Of a stretch of 45,169 nt of DNA, positions 25,685 to 36,300 are shown piece by piece. Made by a program: the position numbers and the translations under genes. Source of the stretch: Dehalococcoidales bacterium (GTDB lineage: Bacteria; Chloroflexota; Dehalococcoidia; Dehalococcoidales; RBG-16-60-22); contig DATKWF010000113.1 of assembly GCA_035529715.1 (NCBI GenBank), positions 1-45,169 of the forward strand, read 5' to 3'. The notes under the pieces were generated by a model. The model was not told the DNA's origin, did not search any database, and saw only the letters and a list, made by a program, of their open reading frames with translations. Within the stretch, counting starts at the first letter, position 1. Each line of letters opens with the position of its first letter.

Positions 25685-26314
25685 CTACAGTCTATCTTTC
25701 AGATTTCGGCGCAGCAACATCTGGCGCCAGCTACCTGCCTTGGTATGCATCTCTTTTATTCTCGGTATATACTTTATCAGGGGGAACAGCAGTATGGCTA
25801 CGGAGAAGACTATCAGTGCCACCGAATGATATTTCAGCCAGGCAAGAAAGGGGAAACAGAGGAAAGCCAGACTGTAGCTGAGGGTTGGGTAGCGTGTCAG
25901 TAGCAGGCTGATTAAAAAGATGGCAAGGTAGACGGGGATTCCCCAGGGCATGAGGAAGATAAGGACACCGATACAGGTGGCGCCTCCCCTCCCGCCGTGG
26001 AACTTGAGGAATATGGGAAAGCCGTGGCCGACTACAGCCACCGCCCCGGCAATTATCTGGGCTACCATGGGTACTCCCAGCCAGCGAGCCAGAGCAACGG
26101 CAGCTACTCCCTTACCTATATCTAATGCCAGAACCATCAGCCCTTCGGCAAAGCCTACCTTGTAGAATACGTTCATAGCGCCCATGTTTCGGCTGCCTAT
26201 TTCACGAATATCTGTCCCTTTCCTGAGGCGACAAATGATATAAGCTGAAGGGAAGGAGCCGATTAAATAGGCGCATATTATGGCGATAGCAATATAAAGG
26301 ATTTGATTATTCAT
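25685..26314 (-). CDS. plsY: Glycerol-3-phosphate acyltransferase PlsY
   Basis: N-terminus YLIGSFPSAYIICRL...DIREIGSRNMGAMNV and the HGFPIFLKFHGGRGGAT motif. The product is a polytopic membrane protein. Its start overlaps the recJ stop by 8 nt. Confidence 0.9.
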   Translation of the reverse strand: MNNQILYIAIAIICAYLIGSFPSAYIICRLRKGTDIREIGSRNMGAMNVFYKVGFAEGLMVLALDIGKGVAAVALARWLGVPMVAQIIAGAVAVVGHGFPIFLKFHGGRGGATCIGVLIFLMPWGIPVYLAIFLISLLLTRYPTLSYSLAFLCFPFLAWLKYHSVALIVFSVAILLFPLIKYIPRIKEMHTKAGSWRQMLLRRNLKDRL

Positions 26315-28010
26315 TTGTCTTCCCGCCTTGTTTTGACGGTGCGAAGTCCTGGATGTTCAGGCGGAGTTGCTCCTTTCCACGCCACCGGTCTATTTCCAGA
26401 TTATACACGATATCAAGAGGTGAGACTACCTCTGCCTGATATTTGCCTGACCCGAAGGCAACCCCGTCCCACATTGTACCGCCTTGCCTGAGTTTCAGCC
26501 TGAGGTGGCCGTTATTATTGCCCATAGTGCGACAATCAATAACCTCTACTCCACGACTGAGGAAGGCAGGCAACGGATTGCCGCGACCAAAGGGAGCTAA
26601 CTGTTGGGCTATCTGGAAGGTATCTCCAGCCATCTCAGGCAGAGTAACCAGAGCATCAATATTCAGGCAGGGTCGGAGGTCAGCTTCAGCCAGTTGTGCG
26701 GTTGCCAGTTCTGAGAGGATTTGCTTCACTTTAGCCAGGTTTCTGGTCGGCAGGGTAAAACCGGCGGCCTGCGAGTGCCCACCAAAGTAGGATAGCAGGT
26801 TGTGGCACTGGTTCAGGGCAGCAATGATATTGAATTCAGGTATACTGCGGCAGCTGCCACTGCTTATCTTTTCGCCGGTTTTAATAACGATTGCCGGGCG
26901 GTAGAATTCCTCCGATAGTCTGCCGGCGACCAGTCCGGCAATGCCGATGGGATAGTCCTTATCACCGGCGACCAGCAGCGGTGAAATCCCGGTTGCCAGA
27001 ACCTGTTCTCTCGCCTTAGCCAGGTTGGTGACGGTTAGTTTTTGTCTTTCCGTATTCTTTTGCTCCAGCCATTTAGCCAACTGGTACGCTTCCTGTGGTG
27101 AGTCTGTCATCAGTAATTTATAGCTGGCCATGGCATGTCCCAGTCTGCCGGCGGCATTCAGGCGGGGGGCTATCACCCAGGAGACACTTTCGGCATCAAG
27201 ACTGCCCGTATCCAGTCCGGTCTGGGTTATTATTTCCTTGACGCCGAGTCGTGGCGCAGAATTCATCAGCTTCAATCCCTCTTTAACCAGGTAGCGGTTT
27301 TCGCCGATTAGCGGCGATACATCAGCAATTGTGCCCAGAGCCGCCAGGTCCATCAGCTTTTCCAGGTATTTTTCTTTGCCAAGGCTCTGGAACAAAGCCT
27401 GAAGCAGTTTGAGAGCCACGCCGACGCCAGCCAGTTCTGAGAATGGATAGGCTGAATCGGGCAGCTTGGGGTCGACCACGGCAACGGCAGCGGGCATTTC
27501 AGACAGGGGGGTGTGGTGGTCGGTGATGATTACATCAAGCCCCATCCTTTTTGCCTTCTCAACCTCAGGCAGGCTGGTAATACCGCAGTCAACGGTAATA
27601 ACCAGGCTGATGCCCTGTTGGTGAAGGTTTTCCAGAGCGGCCTTTTTCAGGCCGTAACCTTCCGTCAGGCGGTGTGGTATGTAGGGGGTGGCCTTACTGC
27701 CCAGAGTTGAGAGACCCTGGACGAGCAGGGCAGTGGCGGTTATGCCGTCGGCATCATAGTCGCCGTAGACAGCGATTTTTTCACCGGAGAGTAAAGCCTG
27801 GTAAATTCTGGCTACCGCCTGGTGCATATCGGACAGGAGGAAAGGGTCGCTGGAAAGACTCTTATCAGCAGTGATGAAGGACTTTAATTGCTGCGGTTCG
27901 CTGAGGCCGCGATTGTACAGGAGCTGAACTATGAGTGGAGGAAAGCCTGAGGCGTTAACCAGATTTTTATCTGGAACTGGCGGCAGAAGATTCCAACGAC
28001 TATGGTTCAA
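26307..28010 (-). CDS. recJ: Single-stranded-DNA-specific exonuclease RecJ
   Basis: DHH-family motifs (VYGDYDADGITATA, ITVDCGI, IITDHHTP) and DHHA1 (GGHSQAAG). TTG start lies 2 nt after the fabF stop. Confidence 0.9.
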   Translation of the reverse strand: MNHSRWNLLPPVPDKNLVNASGFPPLIVQLLYNRGLSEPQQLKSFITADKSLSSDPFLLSDMHQAVARIYQALLSGEKIAVYGDYDADGITATALLVQGLSTLGSKATPYIPHRLTEGYGLKKAALENLHQQGISLVITVDCGITSLPEVEKAKRMGLDVIITDHHTPLSEMPAAVAVVDPKLPDSAYPFSELAGVGVALKLLQALFQSLGKEKYLEKLMDLAALGTIADVSPLIGENRYLVKEGLKLMNSAPRLGVKEIITQTGLDTGSLDAESVSWVIAPRLNAAGRLGHAMASYKLLMTDSPQEAYQLAKWLEQKNTERQKLTVTNLAKAREQVLATGISPLLVAGDKDYPIGIAGLVAGRLSEEFYRPAIVIKTGEKISSGSCRSIPEFNIIAALNQCHNLLSYFGGHSQAAGFTLPTRNLAKVKQILSELATAQLAEADLRPCLNIDALVTLPEMAGDTFQIAQQLAPFGRGNPLPAFLSRGVEVIDCRTMGNNNGHLRLKLRQGGTMWDGVAFGSGKYQAEVVSPLDIVYNLEIDRWRGKEQLRLNIQDFAPSKQGGKTNE

Positions 28011-28012
28011 GC

Positions 28013-29323
28013 TTATGCCTCAGAATATTCTCGTAAAATCAGGATTGAATTATGCCCCCCGAAGCCAAAGGAGTTGGACATGGCAGTGGTAACTTTTACC
28101 TGGCGAGCCACATTGGGCACGTAATCTAAATCGCACTCAGGGTCGGGGTGGGTGAGGTTTATGGTCGGTGGTATAATCCCATTTTGGATAACCATAGTGC
28201 AGATTGCTGCCTCAATGGCTCCAGCACAGCCGATGAGATGGCCTGTCATTGATTTTGTGGAGCTTATTGGAACGCGGTAAGCATAATCACCGAAAACGTT
28301 TTTTATGGCTCTGGTTTCCGTCAGGTCATTCAGTGGAGTAGAGGTGCCGTGGGCATTGATGTAATCGACCTCTGTGGGAGCAATTCCTGCCTTTTCCAGG
28401 GCGATTTGCATGGCTCTGCCCGCAACCTTACCATTTTTAGCCGGTTGGGTAACGTGGTAGGAATCAGCGGTAGCGCCATAGGCGATAACTTCGGCCAGGA
28501 TATCGGCTCCTCGCTTCTGAGCACGGGCAAGATTTTCCAGAATAAGAATGGCAGCTCCTTCGCTGAGAACAAAACCATCACGTTCCGCATCAAAAGGTCG
28601 GGAAGCCAGTTTGGGTTCATTATTTCTTGTGGAAAGGGCTTTGGCGGCGTTAAAGGCAGTAACGCCTATCGGGTTTATTATTGCCTCGGTGCCGCCAGCT
28701 ATCATTACCTGAACATTACCATGCTTGATGAGTTCATAGGCAGCGCCGATGGCGTCTGAACCACTGGAGCAGGCTGAGGTGATACAGAGGTTTGGCCCTT
28801 TGACCCCCAGTGCAATTGATACCTGCGCGGCGGCGATATCGGATATCATCATTGGGACCAGGAACGGGCTTACTCTTGATGGCCCCTTTTCTAACAGTAT
28901 CTTGCTTTGCTCGAATAAGGTGGTCAGCCCGCCGATGCCGCTGCCAACTATGACACCGATGTTACCCTCGTTGCGGTGGGTAATTTCTAGCCTGGCTTGT
29001 TTTACTGCTTCGAGGCTGGCAGCCACTGCCAGTTGCGCAAAGCGGTCCATACGGTGGGCATCCTTGCGGTTCATGTAATTGGTAGGCTCAAATCCCTTTA
29101 CCTCACCGGCGAACTTGGTTTTAAGAGGTTCGGGGTCACACAGCGTAATGTAGTCAATTCCAGACTGGCCGGCGATCAGGTTTTCCCAGGTGCTATTTAA
29201 ATCCAGGCCAAGGGGACTGACAATACCAATCCCCGTAACTACAACTCTAGTATTATTGTTAATCGGTTTTACCTCCTGGTGTGTGGTTTTTGACGTATGG
29301 GTTGCTAAGATAATTTTTACCAC
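28013..29323 (-). CDS. fabF: 3-oxoacyl-ACP synthase II
   Basis: Active-site contexts ITSACSSGSDAIG (Cys), INAHGTSTPLND (His) and TGHLIGCAGAIE (His). The roughly 25 N-terminal residues before RVVVTGIG may reflect a start called too early. Confidence 0.88.
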   Translation of the reverse strand: MVKIILATHTSKTTHQEVKPINNNTRVVVTGIGIVSPLGLDLNSTWENLIAGQSGIDYITLCDPEPLKTKFAGEVKGFEPTNYMNRKDAHRMDRFAQLAVAASLEAVKQARLEITHRNEGNIGVIVGSGIGGLTTLFEQSKILLEKGPSRVSPFLVPMMISDIAAAQVSIALGVKGPNLCITSACSSGSDAIGAAYELIKHGNVQVMIAGGTEAIINPIGVTAFNAAKALSTRNNEPKLASRPFDAERDGFVLSEGAAILILENLARAQKRGADILAEVIAYGATADSYHVTQPAKNGKVAGRAMQIALEKAGIAPTEVDYINAHGTSTPLNDLTETRAIKNVFGDYAYRVPISSTKSMTGHLIGCAGAIEAAICTMVIQNGIIPPTINLTHPDPECDLDYVPNVARQVKVTTAMSNSFGFGGHNSILILREYSEA

Positions 29324-29355
29324 GGTTTACAATTATTTGCAAGGCTGCTTTGTTT

Positions 29356-29385
29356 TTGACCGCCCGGAGAGCGGAAAAGTATAAT
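29356..29385 (+). promoter_or_regulatory. Candidate sigma-70-type promoter for mtaB (TTGACC-18-TATAAT)
   Basis: TTGACC at 29356-29361 and TATAAT at 29380-29385, with an 18-nt spacer. It lies 19 nt upstream of the GTG start and GGAGGA sits in between. Confidence 0.5.
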
Positions 29386-29403
29386 GGCTAAGGGAATGGA
29401 GGA

Positions 29404-30675
29404 GTGAATAAAATTAGAAGAACAAAAATTGCCTTCGACAGCCTAGGCTGTAAACTCAACCAGGCAGAAACGGAACTTTTATCCAGGCAGCTGGCTGAGG
29501 CGGGGTATAGGCTGGTATCGACAGCGGCTGAAGCCGATGTTTATGTCCTGAATACCTGCACGGTTACTCATGTTGCCGACCGCAAGTCTCGCCATCAGCT
29601 TCGCCTGGCTCACCGTCAGAATCCCGATGCCCGGCTGGTGGCTATTGGCTGCTATGCGGAGCGAGCACCTGAGGAACTGGCTCAGATTGAAGGGGTAGCT
29701 CTGGTTCTGGGCAATGAGCAGAAAGCACAGCTACTAACGCGGCTTCAGGAATCCGGTTGTCTGAGCAGTTTGCCATCTTTTCAAACTAGCTGTCATTATG
29801 ATGGCAGTCGGACTCGTTCCTTCATCAAGATTCAGGATGGCTGTTGTAACTTCTGTGCCTACTGCATTGTGCCTCTGGTGCGGGGGAGCGAGAAAAGCGT
29901 GCCGCTTGACCAGGTTATTGCTGAAGTCAAACAGCGGGTGGCGGCGGGCACCAAAGAAGTGGTGCTGACCGGGACTGAGGTTGGTTCGTATAGCTGTGAC
30001 GGAATTAATCTGATGGGATTACTGGAGCGTGTTTTAGTCGAAACAGGAGTGACCAGATTAAGGCTGTCCTCTCTCCAGCCCCAGGAAGTCTCTCCCGAGC
30101 TTATGTGGTTATGGCGCGACCGGCGGTTGTGCCCGCATTTCCATCTTTCCCTGCAGAGTGGCAGCGATGGGGTGCTCAGACTTATGAAGCGGCACTATAC
30201 TACTGATGATTATCGGCAGGCTGTCTCCCTGATTCGGCAGGTTGTGCCGGAAGCAGCCATCACCACTGATATTATCGTCGGTTTCCCCGGTGAAACTGAA
30301 GCAGAGTTTCAGGAGGGCTATGATTTTTGTCGGCAGATGGAATTTGCCCGTATCCATGTGTTTCCCTATTCGCCGCGCCAGGGTACTGAGGCGGCGCGGA
30401 TGCCCAACCCTGTAGAGAGTAAAATTAAAAGACAGCGGAGCCTGAAGATGCTGGCTTTAGCCAGGGAAAGTGCACGGAACTTCAGGCAAAGATTTTTAGG
30501 TGGGACTCTGCCGGTGTTATGGGAGAAGCAAACCGATGGTATCTGGTCGGGACTTACCGATAACTATATAAAGGTATATGCTGAGAGCAGTGAGGATTTA
30601 ACCAATCAACTGCTGATGGTGAGGCTGGTGAAAGTTAGCGGGGACGGGGTGTGGGGGGAAATAACAGGCGGATAG
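29404..30675 (+). CDS. mtaB: Radical-SAM methylthiotransferase, MiaB-like / MtaB type
   Basis: N-terminal MTTase Cys triad context (GCKLNQAE, NTCTVT, GCYA), a radical-SAM CNFCAYC motif, and a C-terminal TRAM-like region. The 423-aa length is typical of MtaB. Confidence 0.8.
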   Translation: MNKIRRTKIAFDSLGCKLNQAETELLSRQLAEAGYRLVSTAAEADVYVLNTCTVTHVADRKSRHQLRLAHRQNPDARLVAIGCYAERAPEELAQIEGVALVLGNEQKAQLLTRLQESGCLSSLPSFQTSCHYDGSRTRSFIKIQDGCCNFCAYCIVPLVRGSEKSVPLDQVIAEVKQRVAAGTKEVVLTGTEVGSYSCDGINLMGLLERVLVETGVTRLRLSSLQPQEVSPELMWLWRDRRLCPHFHLSLQSGSDGVLRLMKRHYTTDDYRQAVSLIRQVVPEAAITTDIIVGFPGETEAEFQEGYDFCRQMEFARIHVFPYSPRQGTEAARMPNPVESKIKRQRSLKMLALARESARNFRQRFLGGTLPVLWEKQTDGIWSGLTDNYIKVYAESSEDLTNQLLMVRLVKVSGDGVWGEITGG

Positions 30676-30694
30676 TTTCCAGAACCACCAGGCT

Positions 30695-31051
30695 TCACTC
30701 TGTCACCGGGGGGTTTTTCAGCACTTCTTTCATGTGTTTGCCCGGCATCAGGAAGTTTTCTTCAGTGGCTGCCCGCCTGAGCAGGCTCAGTCTTTCCAGC
30801 AGGGCGTAGAAGTTGATTGCCCAGCCAACGCCGAATACCTCGGGACCAAAAATGCGGCTCTCGTAAGGATTCCAGTAAACATCTCTTAGTTTTTCACCGG
30901 TGGGCATACGAAAGTCATAGGGTACAAAGCTAGCGATTGTCCCGTTCCACTTTCTTTCTTTCTTTGGCTTTTCCATCTCCTGGCACACTGCTGCCAGAGT
31001 AAGGGAAATCGTGGCAACCTGAATTAACCTCTGAAACCATTTAGTATTCAT
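30695..31051 (-). CDS. Small hypothetical membrane-associated protein
   Basis: A 118-aa ORF that starts 3 nt after the GNAT gene stop, so it is likely co-transcribed. It has an N-terminal hydrophobic segment (LIQVATISLTLAAV) and a GVGWAINFY segment. No function is recognised. Confidence 0.55.
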   Translation of the reverse strand: MNTKWFQRLIQVATISLTLAAVCQEMEKPKKERKWNGTIASFVPYDFRMPTGEKLRDVYWNPYESRIFGPEVFGVGWAINFYALLERLSLLRRAATEENFLMPGKHMKEVLKNPPVTE

Positions 31052-31053
31052 GA

Positions 31054-31584
31054 CTACTCCTCTACACCCTTTAATTTTACTCCCATAACCACCGAAGTTT
31101 CAACCTGTCGCTGGGGAATGTCCCAGTAGGTCTTTAGCAGTCCATCCTTGTCGGGTAATAGATTGAAGCCGTGCTTCTGGTAAAAAGCGGTTGCCCACGG
31201 CGCATTCGCCCACATCCCCACCAGCAGACGAGGAGTGGAAACCAGGTTCTTGAGGTGATTCAGGAGTTTACCACCTATTCCCTGCTTCTGCCACCTGGGC
31301 AGTACATAGGCATGGCGGATAAGGGTAACATCTTTAATTGGTTCAATTCCCATTAGTCCAACGAGCTCCCCATTTTCTTCCCAGCCGAAGAAGGTTATAC
31401 GTCCCATCTCTCGCTCAAGCTCATCCATCGGCATGTAGGGCTGGTGATAGCGGTCGGCTGGTATAACCCCATCATAAGCTCTGGCAGCCTCATTAATGAT
31501 AAAACATAGCCTCTGGGCGTCATCTGCCCGGCACTCACGAATCATAAGTTCCCTATTCTTAAAATTATACCATTCAGGGGCCAT
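31054..31584 (-). CDS. GNAT-family N-acetyltransferase
   Basis: Acetyl-CoA-binding motif A context (VLPRWQKQGIGGKLL) in a 176-aa product. Confidence 0.8.
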   Translation of the reverse strand: MAPEWYNFKNRELMIRECRADDAQRLCFIINEAARAYDGVIPADRYHQPYMPMDELEREMGRITFFGWEENGELVGLMGIEPIKDVTLIRHAYVLPRWQKQGIGGKLLNHLKNLVSTPRLLVGMWANAPWATAFYQKHGFNLLPDKDGLLKTYWDIPQRQVETSVVMGVKLKGVEE

Positions 31585-31747
31585 TTATCAAGGTTAAGGT
31601 GATAAATAATTGTTTTGATTGGATAGTGTATTTTAGGGCTGATAACGCTATAATTGAAATTAAGAAGAGGAAGGTTGGGGTGGGTGTTTTCCATTTAAGC
31701 TTCCTTGTGGAAGTTGCTGGCTTTATTATTTATTGGGAGGGGTTAAG

Positions 31748-33349
31748 ATGAGCGCAGAATTTGACCTGGAGAAATTTGCCCAAACCGCCGATGGAATCAG
31801 GGAAAAAGCCATAAAAGAGAATAGATTATTGGACAATCCTTCTGATGAGGAGCTAAGGGCGCTCGTTGAGAAGGAACCCGGGGCTAAGAAAACAATTTAT
31901 GAAAGTCTTGTTGCCGAAAGTGAGCCTACCTCCAGGGCGGCGCCGTTTACCAAAAACAGTGTTGATGACTCTTTTGGCAAAAAGGAAATGGACTTATTAG
32001 CCCAATGCGAAAAGGCTTTAGCTCAGGAGAGGTTGATTTCCGTTGATAGAATTGTGGGCAGTAAAAGCAGTGGAACAGTGGTTAGATTAATCATTCCGGA
32101 GAGGTTTGCCCATATTGCCTATGGTGGCAAAAACCTCTTTATACCGGTGCAGAATAAGGTGGAGAAGCCCGACTATCAAATCATATTTTTTGGTGACGAC
32201 GCCTGGGAAGCTAATAAATCCAAGCCACTACCTGAGAAGGATATTACGATAAGGCTGGCTATGCTGGAAGACGGCAGGGTTATCAAGATAATCAGGAACA
32301 GTAACTACATCGGTGAATATAAGAAGGGAGTATTTGCTGCCGAGGACTGGGTGGCTAAGACCAGGCGGGGCGGCATTTTCCTCCATGCTGCTTGTCGGGA
32401 GGACTGCCTTCAGTTAGCTCACGGTGGTTACCGACCGCATAAGACGTTACTTGTTGCCCTGAGTGCCAACGGGAAAACAACAACCACCTGCCGAATTCTG
32501 GCCAAGAAGGGAATGGAAAGGTCCTGGCTTATCCAGGATGATGGGGGCACCCTTATGCCTGATGGCTCCTTTCACGGTTTTGAGGGAGGGGGAGTATATG
32601 TCAAGACCGAGGGAGTTAATCCAGCCGAGCAGGTTGAGATATTTTATGGTTTACTGAAACGCGATACAGTTTGTGAAAATGTCTATGTGACTGAATCAGG
32701 GGATTTTGACTTTGAAGACTATGAAAGAACAACCAACGGAAGAGCGGTTGTTTTAAGAAAGAATTTTATGCATGCCAGCCCTCACATTGACGTTGAGAGG
32801 ATTGATAACCTGATTCTTATCACACGTGGGCCACTGATTCCGGCAATATGCAAGTTGACCATGGAACAGGCGGTAGCCCTTATGGTGCTGGGGCAGGCAA
32901 TGGAATCTTCAGCCGGTGACCCAACCCAGGCTGGAAAGATTAGAAGCGAGTTTTTCTATGACCCCTTTCTTGCTGGTAACAAGGCAGAGCATGCCAACAT
33001 ATTTTACGAAATATTAAAAGGTATTCCCCATGTTAATTGCTATTTAATGAATACCGGCTGGGTGGGTGAAGGAGTATATTGCAAGAAGATAAACGTGGGA
33101 GATACTATGGGCATACTGGATTCTCTATTGAGGGAGGGTCTCGAAGACTGGGTAGATTCACCTGCCGGCTTTAAGGTACCGGCGGCAATAAGGGCAGTGA
33201 ATGATGTTCTGGTGCACCCGGAAAGGCTTTATTCCCGGGCTGAATTTGAAGAAAAGCAGAAGCAACTTAGCCGGCTTCGCCGTGAGGCTGTGGAAAAGAT
33301 TGGCGGGGCTTTGCATCCTGACATACGCCAGGTATTCGAAGGAATTTAA
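31748..33349 (+). CDS. pckA: Phosphoenolpyruvate carboxykinase (ATP-type), divergent
   Basis: Kinase-1a-like ALSANGKTTTT, a kinase-2-like region LIQDDGG...FHGFEGGGVYVKT, and LMNTGWVGEG. These parallel the GLSGTGKTT / IGDDEHGW...FNFEGGCYAKT / NTGWNG motifs of ATP-PEPCK. ATG at 31748 follows GGGAGGGG; the ORF-track TTG at 31733 is less likely. Confidence 0.7.
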   Translation: MSAEFDLEKFAQTADGIREKAIKENRLLDNPSDEELRALVEKEPGAKKTIYESLVAESEPTSRAAPFTKNSVDDSFGKKEMDLLAQCEKALAQERLISVDRIVGSKSSGTVVRLIIPERFAHIAYGGKNLFIPVQNKVEKPDYQIIFFGDDAWEANKSKPLPEKDITIRLAMLEDGRVIKIIRNSNYIGEYKKGVFAAEDWVAKTRRGGIFLHAACREDCLQLAHGGYRPHKTLLVALSANGKTTTTCRILAKKGMERSWLIQDDGGTLMPDGSFHGFEGGGVYVKTEGVNPAEQVEIFYGLLKRDTVCENVYVTESGDFDFEDYERTTNGRAVVLRKNFMHASPHIDVERIDNLILITRGPLIPAICKLTMEQAVALMVLGQAMESSAGDPTQAGKIRSEFFYDPFLAGNKAEHANIFYEILKGIPHVNCYLMNTGWVGEGVYCKKINVGDTMGILDSLLREGLEDWVDSPAGFKVPAAIRAVNDVLVHPERLYSRAEFEEKQKQLSRLRREAVEKIGGALHPDIRQVFEGI

Positions 33350-33370
33350 TTAGAACAGAGTGGCGTACAG

Positions 33371-36300
33371 CTATCTTATATCCTGATGATAGCTCTGCAG
33401 TGATTTAACTTCAGGCTTGGTCTGGCGGTATGCCGCAATTCCTTTAGCCGCCGCAGTGGCGGCCGCCAGTGTGGTGATATAAGGCACTTTATATTTGATT
33501 GCCGTCTTTCGTATGTAGGAGTCGTCATATTGGCTCAGTTTACCGCTTGGCGTATTGATAATTAGCTGAATTTCCCCATTCTTGATTCCGTCCACTATGT
33601 TTGGTCGCCCCTCGTATATCTTTAGAATCAAATCAGATTTAATGCCCCGGCTGGTCAAAAATTGACCGGTACCCTGCGTGGCTTTGATAGTGAAGCCGAG
33701 CTCCGCAAATTGCTTTGCCGATTCAAAGACAGCGGGGCGGTCTTCTGGAGACACGGTAATCAGGACGGTACCCTCGGCCGGCAGCAATTGCTGTGCGGCT
33801 ATCTCCGCTTTATAAAAAGCAAGCCCGAATGAATTAGCAATACCAAGAACTTCGCCGGTGGAACGCATTTCTGGGCCTAGAATCGGGTCTACTTCAGGCA
33901 GCATGGGAAACGGGAAAACGGCTTCTTTAACGCCGAAATGGGGGATTATCCGGGGGCTGAGGTCAAGCTCGGCAAGCGTCCTGCCCAGCATTAGCTGGGT
34001 GGCGATTCGTGCCATTGAAACATTGCAGACCTTTGAAACCAGCGGGACGGTTCGTGAGGCTCTGGGGTTGGCTTCAAGCACATATACGATGTCGTCAGCA
34101 ATCGCATACTGAATATTCATTAAACCAACAACATTGAGGTCCCGGCCAATTTTCCTGGTGTATTCATAGATAGTGTCAATATGCTTTTGCGGTAGGCTGA
34201 CCGGCGGGATAACGCAGGCGGAATCACCGGAGTGGATGCCGGCTAATTCAATGTGTTCCATAACCGCGGGCACAAAGGCACTGGTGCCATCGGCAATGGC
34301 GTCGGCTTCGGTTTCAATGGCATTTTGCAGAAACTTGTCAATGAGAATGGGACGGTCAGGAGTTACCCCAACAGCTGCCGCCACGTATTCCCTCAGCATT
34401 TCCTCGTCAAAGACCACCTGCATGCCACGTCCCCCCAGCACGTATGACGGGCGTACCATTAACGGGTAACCGATTCGCCCGGCGACGCTTAACGCCTCCT
34501 TCAGGTTACTGGCCATTCCGGATTCAGGCATAGGAATGTCAAGTTTACGCATCATCTGGCGAAACCGGTCCCTGTCCTCAGCCAGGTCTATCGTCTCCGG
34601 GGATGTGCCCAGGATATTAACACCGGCCTCGGCCAGTTCATTGGCAATATTGAGCGGGGTTTGCCCCCCGAACTGGACGATTACACCTTCAGGTTTCTCT
34701 TTTTCATAGATGCTCAGTACGTCTTCTACCGTTAGTGGCTCAAAGTATAGTTTGTCTGAAGTGTCATAGTCCGTGGAGACAGTTTCTGGATTGCAGTTGA
34801 CCATAATGGTTTCATAGCCTTCATCCCGCAGGGCAAAAGCAGCGTGAACGCAGCAATAGTCAAATTCAATTCCCTGGCCAATACGGTTTGGCCCGCCGCC
34901 CAATACCATAACTTTACGTCGCTTACTGCTGGTTGTTTTGTCTGGCGCATTATAGGTGGAGAAATAGTAGGCTGCGTTCTCCACACCGCTTACCGGGACT
35001 GGCTCCCAGCCTTCAACCACGCCGAGGGAAGTGCGTCTCCGGCGGATTTCTTTCTCTGGTATCTCAAGGAGCTGGGATAAATACCGGTCGGCAAACCCGT
35101 CCTTTTTCGCCTGAACAAGCAAGGCATCCGGCAGTGTCTTGCCTTTGTATTGCAGAATCTTCTCTTCCAGTTCAACCAGCTCTTTCATCTGGTTGATAAA
35201 CCAGGGTTTAATGTAGGTTTTATCGTATAGAGCCTGCACTTCGGCTCCCTTACGCAATGCCTCATACATAATGAACTGTCGCTCACTTGAGGGCTCGTTA
35301 AGCATATCCATAAGCTCGGTTAGAGATTTTTTGTGGAAGTCCTGAGCAAAGCCCAACCCGTAACGCCCATTTTCAAGAGAGCGGATTGATTTCTGGAACG
35401 CTTCTTTATAGGTCTTGCCGATGCTCATTACCTCGCCTACCGCCCGCATCTGCGTACCCAGTTTATCTTCAGAGCCCTTAAATTTCTCAAAAGCCCACCG
35501 GGCGAATTTGACCACCACGTAGTCGCCAGAAGGAGTGTATTTTTCCAGGGTTCCTTCCCGCCAGTAGGGGATTTCATCCAGGGTGAGTCCGGCGGCTAAC
35601 TTTGAGGAAACAGAGGCAATGGGGAAACCGGTTGCCTTGGAAGCGAGCGCCGATGAACGTGAGGTTCTCGGATTAATCTCAATGACCACCACCCGGTCTG
35701 TCTTTGGGTCGTGGGCGAACTGGATATTGGTGCCGCCGATTACCTGAATTGCCTCCACTATCTTGTAGGAATATTCCTGGAGGCGTTTCTGGAGCTCGGG
35801 AGTAATGGTAAGCATGGGTGCGGTGCAGTAAGAGTCGCCGGTATGAACACCCATTGCGTCTACATTTTCAATGAAACATACGGTAATCATTTGATTCTTG
35901 GCGTCGCGGACGACTTCCAGTTCCAGTTCTTCCCAGCCCAGGACTGATTCTTCTATGAGCACCTGACCGATAAGACTGGCAGCGACGCCCCGACTGGCAA
36001 CGGTGCGCAACTCCTCTACGTTGTAGACCAGCCCCCCGCCGGTTCCCCCCATACAATAGGCGGGACGGACAACTACCGGATATCCCAGCTCGGCAGCAAC
36101 CTTTTCCGCGTCCTCCACGCTGTAGACGGCTTCACTCTCTGGTATTTCTATGCCCAGGCGGTTCATTGTCTCCTTAAATGCAATTCGGTCCTCACCGCGT
36201 ATGATGGCGTCGACCTGAACCCCGATTATCTTGACTCCGTATTTATCAAGGACTCCGGCTCGCGCTAGCTCGGCGCTGAGGTTGAGACCGGTTTGTCCAC